From Candidatus Atribacteria bacterium (lineage in GTDB: Bacteria > Atribacterota > Phoenicimicrobiia > Phoenicimicrobiales > Stramentimicrobiaceae): 64,000 nucleotides of DNA. Both the position numbers and the translations under genes were made by a program. A model generated the notes under the pieces. It made no database searches. It was not told where the DNA came from and saw nothing but the letters and a program-made list of their open reading frames with translations. Shown in pieces: positions 1-10,169 of the stretch (position 1 is its first letter; each line of letters opens with the position of its first letter). The stretch is taken from contig JAKQEP010000081.1 in assembly GCA_029556475.1 (NCBI GenBank), positions 3,130 through 67,129 of the forward strand. Direction: 5' to 3'.

Positions 1-24
1 GGGGGTAAACCATTTCGTTCGCAT
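1..24 (-). CDS. 5' end of a downstream ABC-transporter permease gene (partial, runs off the window)
   Basis: On the minus strand AAGGAG lies 10 nt upstream of an ATG at 24, reading MRTKWFTP. It follows the binding-protein gene in the same orientation. Only 8 codons are visible. Confidence 0.35.
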
Positions 25-120
25 GATAGTCCATCTCCTTATCTAAACTTTTTTAAGTGCACTTTCTCCTGTTTAATCATTCCACTTTATAAGAAAGTGG
101 CTTTTAAGAGGAAACAAATT

Positions 121-161
121 AATAGTTAGCTGGTTTATATAAAACAAACCAGCTAACTATT
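121..161 (-). terminator. Intercistronic stem-loop (attenuator or mRNA stabiliser) after the binding-protein gene
   Basis: Perfect 16-bp inverted repeat AATAGTTAGCTGGTTT / AAACCAGCTAACTATT with a 9-nt loop, 47 nt past the stop codon at 208. A U-rich stretch follows on the minus strand. Confidence 0.6.
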
Positions 162-207
162 AAATTACTATTCATTTCATTTTATTGGTAAAAGTTTTAT
201 CTTACAA

Positions 208-1479
208 CTATTGTCTATAGGCATCTAATGCACTTGTTTCAATCTGTAATAATACATTTTGTAAAGATTCTCCACTGACATAATCCATTATACCGGTCCA
301 GAATGAACCAGAACCTACTGCGGCGGGCATCAGGTCAGAACCATCAAAACGAAATACAGATGCTTCTCCCAAAAACTGGGCAGCTTTCCGAGTGATATCA
401 TCAGGATAGACACTGGGGTTCACTTTCTGGTTAGGTGCCAGTTTTCCCAATTCACCAACCCAGATTTCCTGTGCAGGGGCGGATGCTATATATTTCATAA
501 AAGCTCTGGCTTCTGGTGTGTCGTTAAACATAGAAAGCATATCTGCTGCACCCAAGGCGGGATTGCCAAATTCTTTTTTAATGGGCGGGAAGGGGAAGAA
601 ATCAAAGTCTTTACCTGCTACTAAATTTGGAAAATGTTCTTCTATAAAGCTCTTAATAAAGGTAGCCTGACGATGCATATAAGCCTTGGGAGGTTCGGTA
701 AACAAAGCGTCAGGAGAGTCCCCAAAAGGTATAGTCAGAACTGCATTGGGACCACCATAGACATACTTATCACTTCGAGCTATCCCTCCAAAGATTTCAA
801 AGGCTTCCTTAACTACTTCATTAGTCCAGGCAATTTTGTGTTCAACCCAGGCATCATAAGTCTCCGGAGGAGCAATACGAAGCATAATATCCTCAATCCA
901 GTCCGTGCCTGGCCATCCGCTAGCAGCCCCTGATTCTAAACCAATTGCCCAGGGCGTATGTCCATCGGCAATCATTTTATCAGAAAGTGTCATAAGTTCA
1001 TCCCAGGTGGTAGGTATAGTATAGCCAGCAGCAGCAAATGCTTTGGGATTATACCAGACCAGGCTCTTTAAGTCTGCTGAAATGAATATGGAATATATCT
1101 TACCCTGATATGAGCCTAACTCTAACCAGGCATCTGAATAATCGGATTTTAGAGCATCCATATTCATAAAAGTAGAGAGATCAATTAATTTGCCATCCCT
1201 GGCAAATTCCTGCATCTGTCCTGGATTAGGCATAACAGAAACATCAGGCGGATTGCCTGCTTCTACTCTGGTGGTTAGAATAGCCGGTAAATCCCGGGTA
1301 CCGGTAAATTCAACTTTGATACCGGTCTCTTTTTCAAAAGGTTCCACCATTTTGAGAAAAGCGTCAGCTTCGGCTCCAGTCCATACTGCCATCACCGTGA
1401 CACTCTGTCCAAAAGCATTAGTAACACCAAACAACAACAATATACAAACTGCTATTACAATAAAATTAAATTTCTTCAA
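208..1479 (-). CDS. ABC transporter extracellular solute-binding protein (family 1, carbohydrate type)
   Basis: 423-aa ORF with an N-terminal signal peptide (MKKFNFIVIAVCILLLFGVTNAFG). Overall family-1 sugar SBP-like sequence with a permease start downstream. Confidence 0.85.
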   Translation of the reverse strand: MKKFNFIVIAVCILLLFGVTNAFGQSVTVMAVWTGAEADAFLKMVEPFEKETGIKVEFTGTRDLPAILTTRVEAGNPPDVSVMPNPGQMQEFARDGKLIDLSTFMNMDALKSDYSDAWLELGSYQGKIYSIFISADLKSLVWYNPKAFAAAGYTIPTTWDELMTLSDKMIADGHTPWAIGLESGAASGWPGTDWIEDIMLRIAPPETYDAWVEHKIAWTNEVVKEAFEIFGGIARSDKYVYGGPNAVLTIPFGDSPDALFTEPPKAYMHRQATFIKSFIEEHFPNLVAGKDFDFFPFPPIKKEFGNPALGAADMLSMFNDTPEARAFMKYIASAPAQEIWVGELGKLAPNQKVNPSVYPDDITRKAAQFLGEASVFRFDGSDLMPAAVGSGSFWTGIMDYVSGESLQNVLLQIETSALDAYRQ

Positions 1480-1924
1480 GGTATATAACCTCCTTTTTAA
1501 ATTAAATCTATAATAATAATGTTATGATTATTTTGGTGACTTCCCTCCTTTCTTCTGGAGAAATTTCTAGGCAGGAATCATTCTTGCTTGGGATTATCGG
1601 TAGAATTAATAAACTATCATTTTTACTACTTTGGTTTTTATACTATCATAAATCATAACCTTGTGCAAGTTGGTGGCAAACACCGTATACCTGGCTTTTT
1701 TTGATACGCTACTAAAAACTTATTTGTAATTTGCCCTTTGTTTTTCCCTTGCTTTTATCTGCAATTCAAGGAGTATGCCGAAACGGTTATTCAGTTAAAA
1801 TTAAATAACTTTAATTAGAAGAGTAGCTCTGTTACAATTTAAATGAAAACTATGATAGAATAAGGAAGTGGGTAACAAAAATCCATTCAGAAAATATTTA
1901 TATTTTATATAAGGAATCTTTATA

Positions 1925-4111
1925 ATGTCCCGTATAATTATAGTTTCTAATCGTCTTCCCGTTACCATTAAAAAAAGCAAAGATAAATTGACCTTTCAGC
2001 AGAGCGTTGGTGGTCTGGCAACCGGCATGTCCTCTTTGCAAAAAGAAAATGAATTCTTGTGGGTAGGCTGGCCTGGTATAACTGTGGACCAGATTAACAG
2101 CAAGGAAAAAGATGATTTATGTAAAAAAATGAATAAATTGGGATTCTATCAGGTCTTTTTATCCCAAACCCATATAGAAGATTATTACAATGGTTTTTGT
2201 AATAAAACTATCTGGTCTTTATTTCACTGCTTTACCCAATATACAATATACGAAAATCATTTATGGGAATCCTATCGAAAAGTTAACCAGATCTTCTGTC
2301 ATACTATGCTCGATATAATCAGACCAGATGATATCATCTGGGTGCATGACTATCATCTTATGTTACTTCCGTCACTACTAAGAAAAAGGATGCCCGGACT
2401 AACTATAGGATTTTTCCTCCATATACCTTTCCCTCCTTCCGAAATTTACCGCTTACTTCCCTGGAGAAATGAGATATTAGAAGGAGTGATGGGGTCTGAT
2501 CTAATCGGTTTTCATACCTATGACTATGTTCGAAACTTTCTTGATTCGATTCTCCGTTTACGTGGATATGAAAACAGATTGGGTATTGTCAATTATCAAA
2601 ACCGAATAGTAAAAGTAGATTCTTTCCCTATGGGAATTGATTTTGAGCGATTCTATAACTCTTCCGAGCAATCTAAGACAAAACAAGAAATTAAGAAGAT
2701 AAACAAGAAAGTAAAAAATTATAAGGTCATTATTTCTGTTGACCGTTTGGATTATACCAAAGGTATTTTAGAAAGATTGAAGGCGTATTCTACTTTCCTA
2801 GAAGATAATCCAGAGTATTGGGAAAAAGTGATAATGATTTTAGTTGCGGTTCCTTCCCGAACGGCTGTTACCCAATATCAACGGTTAAAAGAACAGGTTG
2901 ATGAGATGATAGGTTATATTAACGGACAGTTTGGAAAAATAGGCTGGTCACCTATCTGGTATTTATACCGTTCTTTGCCTTTCCATGAACTAACAGCCCT
3001 TTACTATATAAGTGATATCGCTTTAGTAACTCCACTTAAAGATGGCATGAATCTAATTGCAAAAGAATATATCGCTGCCAAAAAAGATGCTCTGGGAGTA
3101 CTTATCTTAAGCGAAATGGCTGGAGTTAGCAATGAAATGGGTGAAGCAATCATCGTTAATCCCAATAATAGAACTCAGATATCCTGGGCTTTAAAATATG
3201 CCTTAAATATGGAGGAACAAGAGCAACAGAAAAAAGTATTGACCTTACAAAGACGTTTAAAAAATTATGATGTAAAAAAATGGGCAGATGATTTTAAAGA
3301 GAATTTGATTAAGGTTAAAAGTGAGCAACAAAATCTTGCTGCTAAATATTTATCTCCTAAAAATAGATTAAGAATAATTAAGGATTATCAGCAAAGTTCC
3401 CGACGTTTATTCTTAATAGATTATGATGGTACACTTGTTCCCTATCATCAAAAATTTAAACAATCCATTCCTTCCCAGGAAGTACTTGATACTATCCAAC
3501 TGCTGAGCCAGGATTACAAAAATAAGATAGTCATTGTAAGCGGAAGAGAAAAATATATAATAGAAGAATGGTTTAAAAATGTTCCGGTGGATTTAATTGC
3601 CGAACATGGCGCCTGGTTAAAAAAAGATTCCAGTAATTGGAGAACGATAGAACCTTTAAAGAAAAAATGGAAAGAAGAGATTAAACCTATCTTAGAATTA
3701 TACAGCAATCGAACGCCAGGTTCTTTTGTTCAAGAAAAAGAATATTCATTGGTCTGGCATTATGTCAATACAGAAGCAACTTTTGGACGCAGGCGAGCTT
3801 TGGAACTGATGGATTCACTTACCTATCTGACCTCTAATCTCAATTTAGAAATAAACCATGGGGAAAAAGCTATCGAAATAAAGGCAGCAGGAATTAACAT
3901 AGGCATTACTTCTTATCAGTGGATATCAGAAAGAGAATGGGACTTCATTATGGCAATCGGTGATGATTGGTCTGATGAACAAATATTTTCTCATTTACCG
4001 GATTGGGCTTATTCTATCAAAGTAGGTTCCGGTATTTCTCAATCAAAATACAATATTCACTCTTACATTGAAGTTCGTACTCTTTTAAAAGAATTGGCAA
4101 AAAAGTCCTGA
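1925..4111 (+). CDS. otsA: Bifunctional trehalose-6-phosphate synthase (GT20) / trehalose-6-phosphate phosphatase fusion
   Basis: 728 aa. The N-terminal ~460 aa is OtsA-like (IIVSNRLP, HDYHLMLLP, GFFLHIPFP, VDRLDYTKG). The C-terminal ~250 aa is a HAD phosphatase with the DxDGT motif (LFLIDYDGTLVP) and GDDWSDE. Confidence 0.9.
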   Translation: MSRIIIVSNRLPVTIKKSKDKLTFQQSVGGLATGMSSLQKENEFLWVGWPGITVDQINSKEKDDLCKKMNKLGFYQVFLSQTHIEDYYNGFCNKTIWSLFHCFTQYTIYENHLWESYRKVNQIFCHTMLDIIRPDDIIWVHDYHLMLLPSLLRKRMPGLTIGFFLHIPFPPSEIYRLLPWRNEILEGVMGSDLIGFHTYDYVRNFLDSILRLRGYENRLGIVNYQNRIVKVDSFPMGIDFERFYNSSEQSKTKQEIKKINKKVKNYKVIISVDRLDYTKGILERLKAYSTFLEDNPEYWEKVIMILVAVPSRTAVTQYQRLKEQVDEMIGYINGQFGKIGWSPIWYLYRSLPFHELTALYYISDIALVTPLKDGMNLIAKEYIAAKKDALGVLILSEMAGVSNEMGEAIIVNPNNRTQISWALKYALNMEEQEQQKKVLTLQRRLKNYDVKKWADDFKENLIKVKSEQQNLAAKYLSPKNRLRIIKDYQQSSRRLFLIDYDGTLVPYHQKFKQSIPSQEVLDTIQLLSQDYKNKIVIVSGREKYIIEEWFKNVPVDLIAEHGAWLKKDSSNWRTIEPLKKKWKEEIKPILELYSNRTPGSFVQEKEYSLVWHYVNTEATFGRRRALELMDSLTYLTSNLNLEINHGEKAIEIKAAGINIGITSYQWISEREWDFIMAIGDDWSDEQIFSHLPDWAYSIKVGSGISQSKYNIHSYIEVRTLLKELAKKS

Positions 4112-4113
4112 TT

Positions 4114-5169
4114 TCAGGCAACTTCTATCTCCTGACATAAATATACATCCTGAATGGCGTGGAATATCTCGATTCCTTCTTTCATCGGTTTTTGAAATGT
4201 TTTTCTTCCCGAAATAATACCCATACCACCTGCTCTTTTATTAATAACAGCTGTTTTTACTGCCTGCTGTAAATCATTATCACCAGAAGGTCCGCCTGAA
4301 TTAATTAAACCGATTCTCCCCATATAGCAGTTAACCACCTGATAGCGAGTAAGATCAATGGGATGTTCAGAAGTTAATTTTTTATAGACTAAAGGACTGG
4401 TTCGCCCAAATTTTAACGCCAGATAACCACCATTATTGGTCGGTTGTTTCTGTTTAATCAGATCCGCTTCGATAGTAGCACCTAAATGGTTGGCCTGACC
4501 TGTTAAATCCGCAGAAGTATGATAATCAATTCCTTCTTTTTTAAAGGCTTCATTCCTGAGGTAGCACCACAATACAGTAAACATCCCCATCTGATGGGCT
4601 AAACTGAAGGCTAAAGATACTTCCTCTATCTGCCGTCGCGACTCCTCAGAACCAAAATAAATAGTGGCGCCCACTCCCAGGGCTCCCATATCATAAGCCT
4701 GCTCTACAGTGGCAAACATTCTCTGGTCATAGTGGTTTGGATAAGAAAGTAATTCATTATGATTTAATTTGACAATAAAAGGTATCCTATCAGCATATTT
4801 TCTGGAAATAATACCTAAAACACCTAAGGTTGAGGCAATCGCATTACAACCACCCTCTAAGGCTAACTTTACTATATTTTCCGGATCAAAATAGATAGGA
4901 TTGGGAGCAAAAGAAGCACCGGCAGAGTGCTCTATACCCTGATCTACCGGTAAAATTGAAAGATATCCAGTTCCTTTTAGTCGACCATAATTGAATAATG
5001 TCTTTAGATTTTGCCTCACCTGTAATGAACGGTCTGATATATTAAAAATATTCTCCACAAAATCTGGTTCAGGCAAATGTAACAAATCTTTTGAAATTGT
5101 CTGACATTTATGTTTGAGCAGGTAATCAGATTCTTCCCCAAGGATTTTTTTTATTTCTATGATATTCAT
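4114..5169 (-). CDS. fbaB: Class I fructose-bisphosphate aldolase (FbaB/DhnA type)
   Basis: [24 protein letters not shown] and later blocks match the E. coli FbaB-type class I aldolase. I place the start at the ATG at 5169 (MNIIEIKK), which has an AGAGAGG SD. The 25-aa extension in the track is unlikely. Confidence 0.85.
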   Translation of the reverse strand: MNIIEIKKILGEESDYLLKHKCQTISKDLLHLPEPDFVENIFNISDRSLQVRQNLKTLFNYGRLKGTGYLSILPVDQGIEHSAGASFAPNPIYFDPENIVKLALEGGCNAIASTLGVLGIISRKYADRIPFIVKLNHNELLSYPNHYDQRMFATVEQAYDMGALGVGATIYFGSEESRRQIEEVSLAFSLAHQMGMFTVLWCYLRNEAFKKEGIDYHTSADLTGQANHLGATIEADLIKQKQPTNNGGYLALKFGRTSPLVYKKLTSEHPIDLTRYQVVNCYMGRIGLINSGGPSGDNDLQQAVKTAVINKRAGGMGIISGRKTFQKPMKEGIEIFHAIQDVYLCQEIEVA

Positions 5170-5400
5170 ATAGAACTTACCTCTCTTTTCTAAAACTTTT
5201 ATAAAAGTGTACCTTAAATTCGTTGTGCTTTTTGGGCTCAACAATGGGCATATCGTAAATATAATGAAAAGCTTGTTTAATCAAAAGCAATGAATGGTAA
5301 TCTCTTCCATCTGTCACCACAATTTTTGTATTTGTATTTTTTAATAAAAACCAAAAACAATTAACTAAAAACTTTAAATCAACAATATAATGTTAGGATT

Positions 5401-6027
5401 TTATGAGATTTCGATATTATAAAATATATTGAGCAATTGGGTGATATTGGTGATTTCAATAATCTGCCAGTAACCCTTCATATTTCTCATTTTTACTTCA
5501 ACTATAAAATTTGCATCTTTAGCTTGATCATAGTAGGTTAAGCCCAGGAAGGCCATGCCTTCTTTTCTTTTCACATAATTAATTGATTTAAATTCCCAGT
5601 CTTCTGGATTTATCTTTTCGGTTACCTTTTTAAAAAGCAGGGAAGATAATCTATCCTCCCCCTTTGTGTTCCTTCTTCCTAAATCACCAGTAGTGATATA
5701 ACTATAGACCTCTTTTTTAATAACCTCTTTTAAATTAGGTTTTGCAACAGAAAGCAGACTATATCCAATTTCGTTACCTATTTCTTGCCAGGGATTTTTT
5801 TTATTTTCTGATGTTGTACCAGTAAAATACTGCCAGATTTGATCAATAGCATAGTCCACTGTCCTGTCCAAATCTACATACTTGTCATAAGCCTGAAGGT
5901 CATTTCTGGAAATTGCCTTTTTCAACTGTTTTAAACTATATTGGGGGGATGCTATTATTCCCCAGGCAATCATTACAGTAACAATAACAATAAAAAATAA
6001 AAACAAGCCCAATAAAAATTTCTTCAT
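5401..6027 (-). CDS. Membrane-anchored protein of unknown function (DUF2939-like)
   Basis: 208-aa ORF with a single N-terminal TM helix (LLGLFLFFIVIVTVMIAWGII) and a soluble domain. The family resemblance is by eye only. Confidence 0.6.
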   Translation of the reverse strand: MKKFLLGLFLFFIVIVTVMIAWGIIASPQYSLKQLKKAISRNDLQAYDKYVDLDRTVDYAIDQIWQYFTGTTSENKKNPWQEIGNEIGYSLLSVAKPNLKEVIKKEVYSYITTGDLGRRNTKGEDRLSSLLFKKVTEKINPEDWEFKSINYVKRKEGMAFLGLTYYDQAKDANFIVEVKMRNMKGYWQIIEITNITQLLNIFYNIEIS

Positions 6028-6197
6028 ATCTTTTTTACCACCATAATAAAAATATCAAATTGCCACCAAATCCACTTATTTCTAAATTACTAAAAGCAGA
6101 TTAGGAAAACCTAATCTGCTTTATACCTACTGCATTTTTTAAAATTTCATCAATTTGATAGCCGAAATTGGTTTATTTATTAAACGAACCGGATTAT

Positions 6198-6530
6198 TTA
6201 TTTTACTTTCAATTCATCCAATATTGGTAATAATTCTGTAGCAATATAGGTAACTGCTGGACCACCTTTCATCATTATTGCTATTCCAGCTGCTTCCAAA
6301 ATTTCTGCTCTATTGGCACCCGCCTTAACAGCAAGTGGGGTGTGCAATCTAATACAATACTCACAAAGTGCTGAAATTCCTAAAGCCAAAGTTATAAGTT
6401 CTTTAGTTTTCAAACTTAAAGCGCCCTCTTTTAGTACTTGTTCACTTAATCTATCGAATCCTTCTTTTATCACACCTGGCATTTCTTCGCGTAACTTACC
6501 TATTTGCCTTTTTAATTCTATATTAGCCAT
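6198..6530 (-). CDS. Carboxymuconolactone decarboxylase / AhpD-like family protein
   Basis: 110 aa with the family CxxC motif (LCEYCIRLH) and typical length. Confidence 0.8.
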   Translation of the reverse strand: MANIELKRQIGKLREEMPGVIKEGFDRLSEQVLKEGALSLKTKELITLALGISALCEYCIRLHTPLAVKAGANRAEILEAAGIAIMMKGGPAVTYIATELLPILDELKVK

Positions 6531-6628
6531 TTTAAATAAACCTCTTTAAAAAATATATCTTTTCTTTATTATCTCTTATATTACAGCTAACCCTTATTCT
6601 TATTCTCAGAAAATAGTTTATATTAAGC

Positions 6629-8149
6629 TTAATTCACTATTTTGATCATATTTGCATAAATAGAAGTTGTTTCTCCGGAATAAACCCAGATTTCATCAAT
6701 CCAGGTATGATATCCTTCTTTGATTAAGGTAACCTCATACCTGCCTTCTTTTAACCCGGTAAGAAGTTTTGATTGATTAGCAGTTGTGGTGACCTTCTGG
6801 CTCCCATTTATAAATATTCTGGCATTACTCTCATTGCAATTTACAGAAATAGCTCCCTCTCTTTGTACTGGTCTCATCGTTACGTTTAGACGGTATGTTT
6901 GATCAGGGTATATGCTTACCATAGTAACATAATCTTGATAACCATCTTTGGTAATTCTTAATTCATAGTTACCTTCTCGAATATTGCTAATAGTCACACT
7001 TCTGTTGAGTGATGTGCTTCTCTGATATTTATCATCTAGATAGATACGGGCATTATCAACATCACAGATAATATCTATACTACCTGTTCTCGTTATTCTA
7101 TCTAAATTAACCGTTAATTGGACTCGCTGATTGGGTCTTATTTCTATTTTTTGCAACCAATCAAGGTATCCACTCAAAACAATTCTAACATCGTGAAAGC
7201 CCTCTCTAACCTGCTCTAGAAGAACATTTCTATTTTTTTCTGTTAACCCTTTATATTGATCATCCAGATAGATACGGGCATTATCCTCATTACATCGAAT
7301 GGAAATAGAGCCATAACGCTGTACACTGAGCAGTTCGGCATGAAGGAAAGTGGTTCTGTTGGGATTAATATTAACAGTTCTAGTCCAGGTTTGATAACCG
7401 GGTAATTCCACTCGAGCCAGATATTCACCAACACTTATCTGATCCATATCCAAGGGAGTCTTACCAGCATAACGGTCATTTAAATAAACTTCAGCACCCG
7501 CTGGACTTGAATCCAGACGTAATCCTCCCGTATCTTCACTTTTTCCTATAACCTGGTAATGCAATACTTCACTGGAAACCCACCTTTGGGAAGGCAATCC
7601 TGTTAAAATACCTTTGATTCTTTGAGTAAATCTTGCCATTCCTTCATCAAGCTTGGGGAACAAATTTCTTTCAATTATCCTTTCTAATTCCCTTGAGATG
7701 ATTACCTGTTCAGCAGTAGCAAATCCCTGAATATATTCTAAACCAGGTCGGGTAGCCTGATCTATTATTCCTTCTATATTGTATTGTTTATTAGCCTCAA
7801 CAAGGTTATCCTTTTGATATTGGTTGGGAAATAAGAGGGTAATATTACCATAGCTATCGTAACTAAAGATGGTGACATAAGCCTTCCTGGTAGAACGAAA
7901 ATAAACTCGTACATTCTCGCCAGGAGCATAAGTAGCTCCAGTCCCCTTGTCTAATCTCAGGGATAAGGCAAAATCTGGTCTAGGATTAATGACCTGTATA
8001 CTCTTTTTCATATCTTCCTGAGCATTAGCAGTAGTTACTAACAATACCATCATAATTAACACTAAGATTAGTATAGCAGGATATGAAAAAGAGGAAATAT
8101 GCCCGTTTTTCAATCTATCCTTATTTTTTCCCAGTCTTAATAAATTCAT
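6629..8149 (-). CDS. Secreted PEGA-repeat protein (N-terminal DUF4384-like domain plus four PEGA domains)
   Basis: Signal/anchor segment (AILILVLIMMVLLVTTANA). Four tandem ~70-aa repeats follow, e.g. SPAGAEVYLNDRYAGKTP, CNEDNARIYLDDQYKG, CDVDNARIYLDDKYQ, CNESNARIFINGSQK, each followed by a GY..W/Y motif. Confidence 0.8.
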   Translation of the reverse strand: MNLLRLGKNKDRLKNGHISSFSYPAILILVLIMMVLLVTTANAQEDMKKSIQVINPRPDFALSLRLDKGTGATYAPGENVRVYFRSTRKAYVTIFSYDSYGNITLLFPNQYQKDNLVEANKQYNIEGIIDQATRPGLEYIQGFATAEQVIISRELERIIERNLFPKLDEGMARFTQRIKGILTGLPSQRWVSSEVLHYQVIGKSEDTGGLRLDSSPAGAEVYLNDRYAGKTPLDMDQISVGEYLARVELPGYQTWTRTVNINPNRTTFLHAELLSVQRYGSISIRCNEDNARIYLDDQYKGLTEKNRNVLLEQVREGFHDVRIVLSGYLDWLQKIEIRPNQRVQLTVNLDRITRTGSIDIICDVDNARIYLDDKYQRSTSLNRSVTISNIREGNYELRITKDGYQDYVTMVSIYPDQTYRLNVTMRPVQREGAISVNCNESNARIFINGSQKVTTTANQSKLLTGLKEGRYEVTLIKEGYHTWIDEIWVYSGETTSIYANMIKIVN

Positions 8150-8704
8150 ATTTTTGCTCCTTCCTGATAATCTTATATTATCTTAAAATAATCGATAGTT
8201 AGAAATATCTCTTTTTGTTAAAATATCTCTAAACTATACTACTATCTAATTTATACTATTGTTTTCAAAATAGAAAGTTAATGTATCTTAACCTTCCTAG
8301 TAAAATAATATCTCTTTTTCTATCACCGCCCTCAAAAAAATTATTTTTTGTTACATAAAAGTGAATTGAATTCACCATTATTATAGCATAACTCTATATA
8401 TATTCCTATTTTTGATATATTATAAAATTAATACTTTTATAGTCAAAACACCTATTGTTTTATTTACTCATTAAGTTCAAATTATACACTAAAATTTTAG
8501 AACAATTTGAAGATTGAACAAATTATTAACCCATTTATAAAAAAATTGGTTTTTGTGATTAAAATACAAAAATAATTGACAAAAGCCTTTATTTTTAATA
8601 TTCTTAGGATAATATGATTCATATGGTAAACTATTTAAAATGTACCTGACACTGAATTAGAAAGAATTTTTATTTATCGTATAGTAGAAAGGAGGTGTAA
8701 TATT

Positions 8705-8980
8705 TTGAATAAAAGTGAATTAATTGATAAAGTATCATATGACAGAGGAGTAACCAAAGCTCATGCCAAAGCAGCTGTGGAATGCATACTTGAAAACATT
8801 GCTGAGGCATTAGTCAGAAAAGAGTCTGTACGTTTAGTTGGTTTTGGAACTTTTGGTGTTAGAGAAAGAGCAGCCAGAACTGCACGCAATCCAAGAACAG
8901 GTAAAAATATTCCTTTACCGAAAGCAACTGTTCCATTTTTTAAACCTGGGAAAGAATTAAAAGAAAGAGTTAATAAATAA
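8705..8980 (+). CDS. hup: DNA-binding protein HU
   Basis: 91 aa, MNKSELIDKV...GFGTFGVRERAARTARNPRTGKNI, the canonical HU arm sequence. TTG start with a GGAGG SD. Confidence 0.95.
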   Translation: MNKSELIDKVSYDRGVTKAHAKAAVECILENIAEALVRKESVRLVGFGTFGVRERAARTARNPRTGKNIPLPKATVPFFKPGKELKERVNK

Positions 8981-9003
8981 AGCAATAATATTTTACTTCA
9001 AAT

Positions 9004-9045
9004 AAAACAGGTCTGTCTTTTTAATAATTTACAGACCTGTTTTTT
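9004..9045. terminator. Bidirectional intrinsic terminator between hup and the Asp23 gene
   Basis: ACAGGTCTGT (9007-9016) pairs with ACAGACCTGT (9031-9040), flanked by AAAA on the left and TTTTT on the right. It lies between convergent genes. Confidence 0.8.
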
Positions 9046-9055
9046 ATGTATATTT

Positions 9056-9580
9056 TTAATTATTACCTGTTTTGACTTTACTTTCCTTATCTTTACCGGG
9101 CATCTGAATTCCCATAACATTTACATCAATGGATTTTACAAAAAGTCCTGTTTTTTCCTCTACTTCGCTTTTTACCACAGACTGAATTTTTTTGGCTAAA
9201 TCTATTATTACTGAGCCATAGTCAACAATCACGGAAATATAGGTTGATAGTGATTTACCCTCTATCAAATCAACCTTGATTCCTTCTTCTATCTCTTTTA
9301 CACCAAGTAGAGTTCCAATTCCACTCTTAGATTGGGCAAATAAACCGGCTACACCGGAAATACCGTTCACAATTCTACTAACAATAGCAGCTAATACTTC
9401 AGGAGAAATGTTAATCTCTCCTAAGGTATTTTTAAGAATTTTTTCTTTTTTTCCTGAATTCTCTTTTACCTGTAGAGGCAGTTCCTCTTCTTTTACAACT
9501 TTTTCAACCAATGACATATCTTTATCTTTTTTCTTGACTTCTTTTTTCAGCTTTTTTGCTTCTGTTTCATTTTCTTGCAT
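9056..9580 (-). CDS. Asp23/Gls24-family (alkaline shock) protein with a K/E-rich N-terminal extension
   Basis: The C-terminal ~120 aa is Asp23-like (ISPEVLAAIVSRIVNGISGVAGL ... VDVNVMGI). The first ~50 aa are low-complexity K/E-rich. Confidence 0.8.
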   Translation of the reverse strand: MQENETEAKKLKKEVKKKDKDMSLVEKVVKEEELPLQVKENSGKKEKILKNTLGEINISPEVLAAIVSRIVNGISGVAGLFAQSKSGIGTLLGVKEIEEGIKVDLIEGKSLSTYISVIVDYGSVIIDLAKKIQSVVKSEVEEKTGLFVKSIDVNVMGIQMPGKDKESKVKTGNN

Positions 9581-9643
9581 AGTAATTACTCCTTAAATAA
9601 TGATGTAAAATGACTCCCCATATTCAGTGTTAAAAAAATCATT

Positions 9644-9907
9644 TTATCCAATGGGAGTAACGAAAAATTTAATCGCGGTTCTCTCATCGCCGTTAATTTC
9701 AACATCTACGAAAGCAGGAATGCAAACTAAATCGACACCACTTGTTGCTGTATATCCTCTCGCTATGGCAATAGCCTTAATTGCCTGATTCACAGCCCCT
9801 GCACCTATTGCTTGTAACTCAACCTTTCCTTTTTCTCTAATGACTCCAGCCAATGCACCAGCAACTGCTTTTGGATTTGATTTTGAAGAAACTTTTAACA
9901 GTTCCAT
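9644..9907 (-). CDS. spoVS: SpoVS-family protein
   Basis: MELLKVSSKSNPKAVAGALAGVIREKGKVELQAIGAGAVNQAIKAIAIARGY is near-canonical SpoVS. The start at 9907 has an AGGAGG SD. The 45-aa upstream extension in the track is not SpoVS-like. Confidence 0.9.
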   Translation of the reverse strand: MELLKVSSKSNPKAVAGALAGVIREKGKVELQAIGAGAVNQAIKAIAIARGYTATSGVDLVCIPAFVDVEINGDERTAIKFFVTPIG

Positions 9908-10169
9908 CTTAAGCCTCCTATACCTATATCTATATATACCAACATCTATTCTTCCATCATTGTAAATATGGTTGCTAATTCGCCTTTTATTACTTTTATT
10001 TTGTATATATACTTCTTGGTGCAAAAAATCTTGACCTCTCACACACCTCCTTTTAATTACTATTGAAGTACAAAGCCTTGTCTTCCAATAAAAATTTCTT
10101 CTTCTTTTATTATTATAACAAATTTAATTGATAAATGACAATTAGATTACTCTTTGAGTTTTTTGTTAA

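Noticed and set aside
8361-8375. 7-1-7 palindrome GTGAATTGAATTCAC in the 555-bp AT-rich region upstream of hup
   Set aside because: It is a single occurrence. Palindromes of this size are expected a few times by chance in 64 kb of AT-rich sequence. It has no positional link to a promoter.
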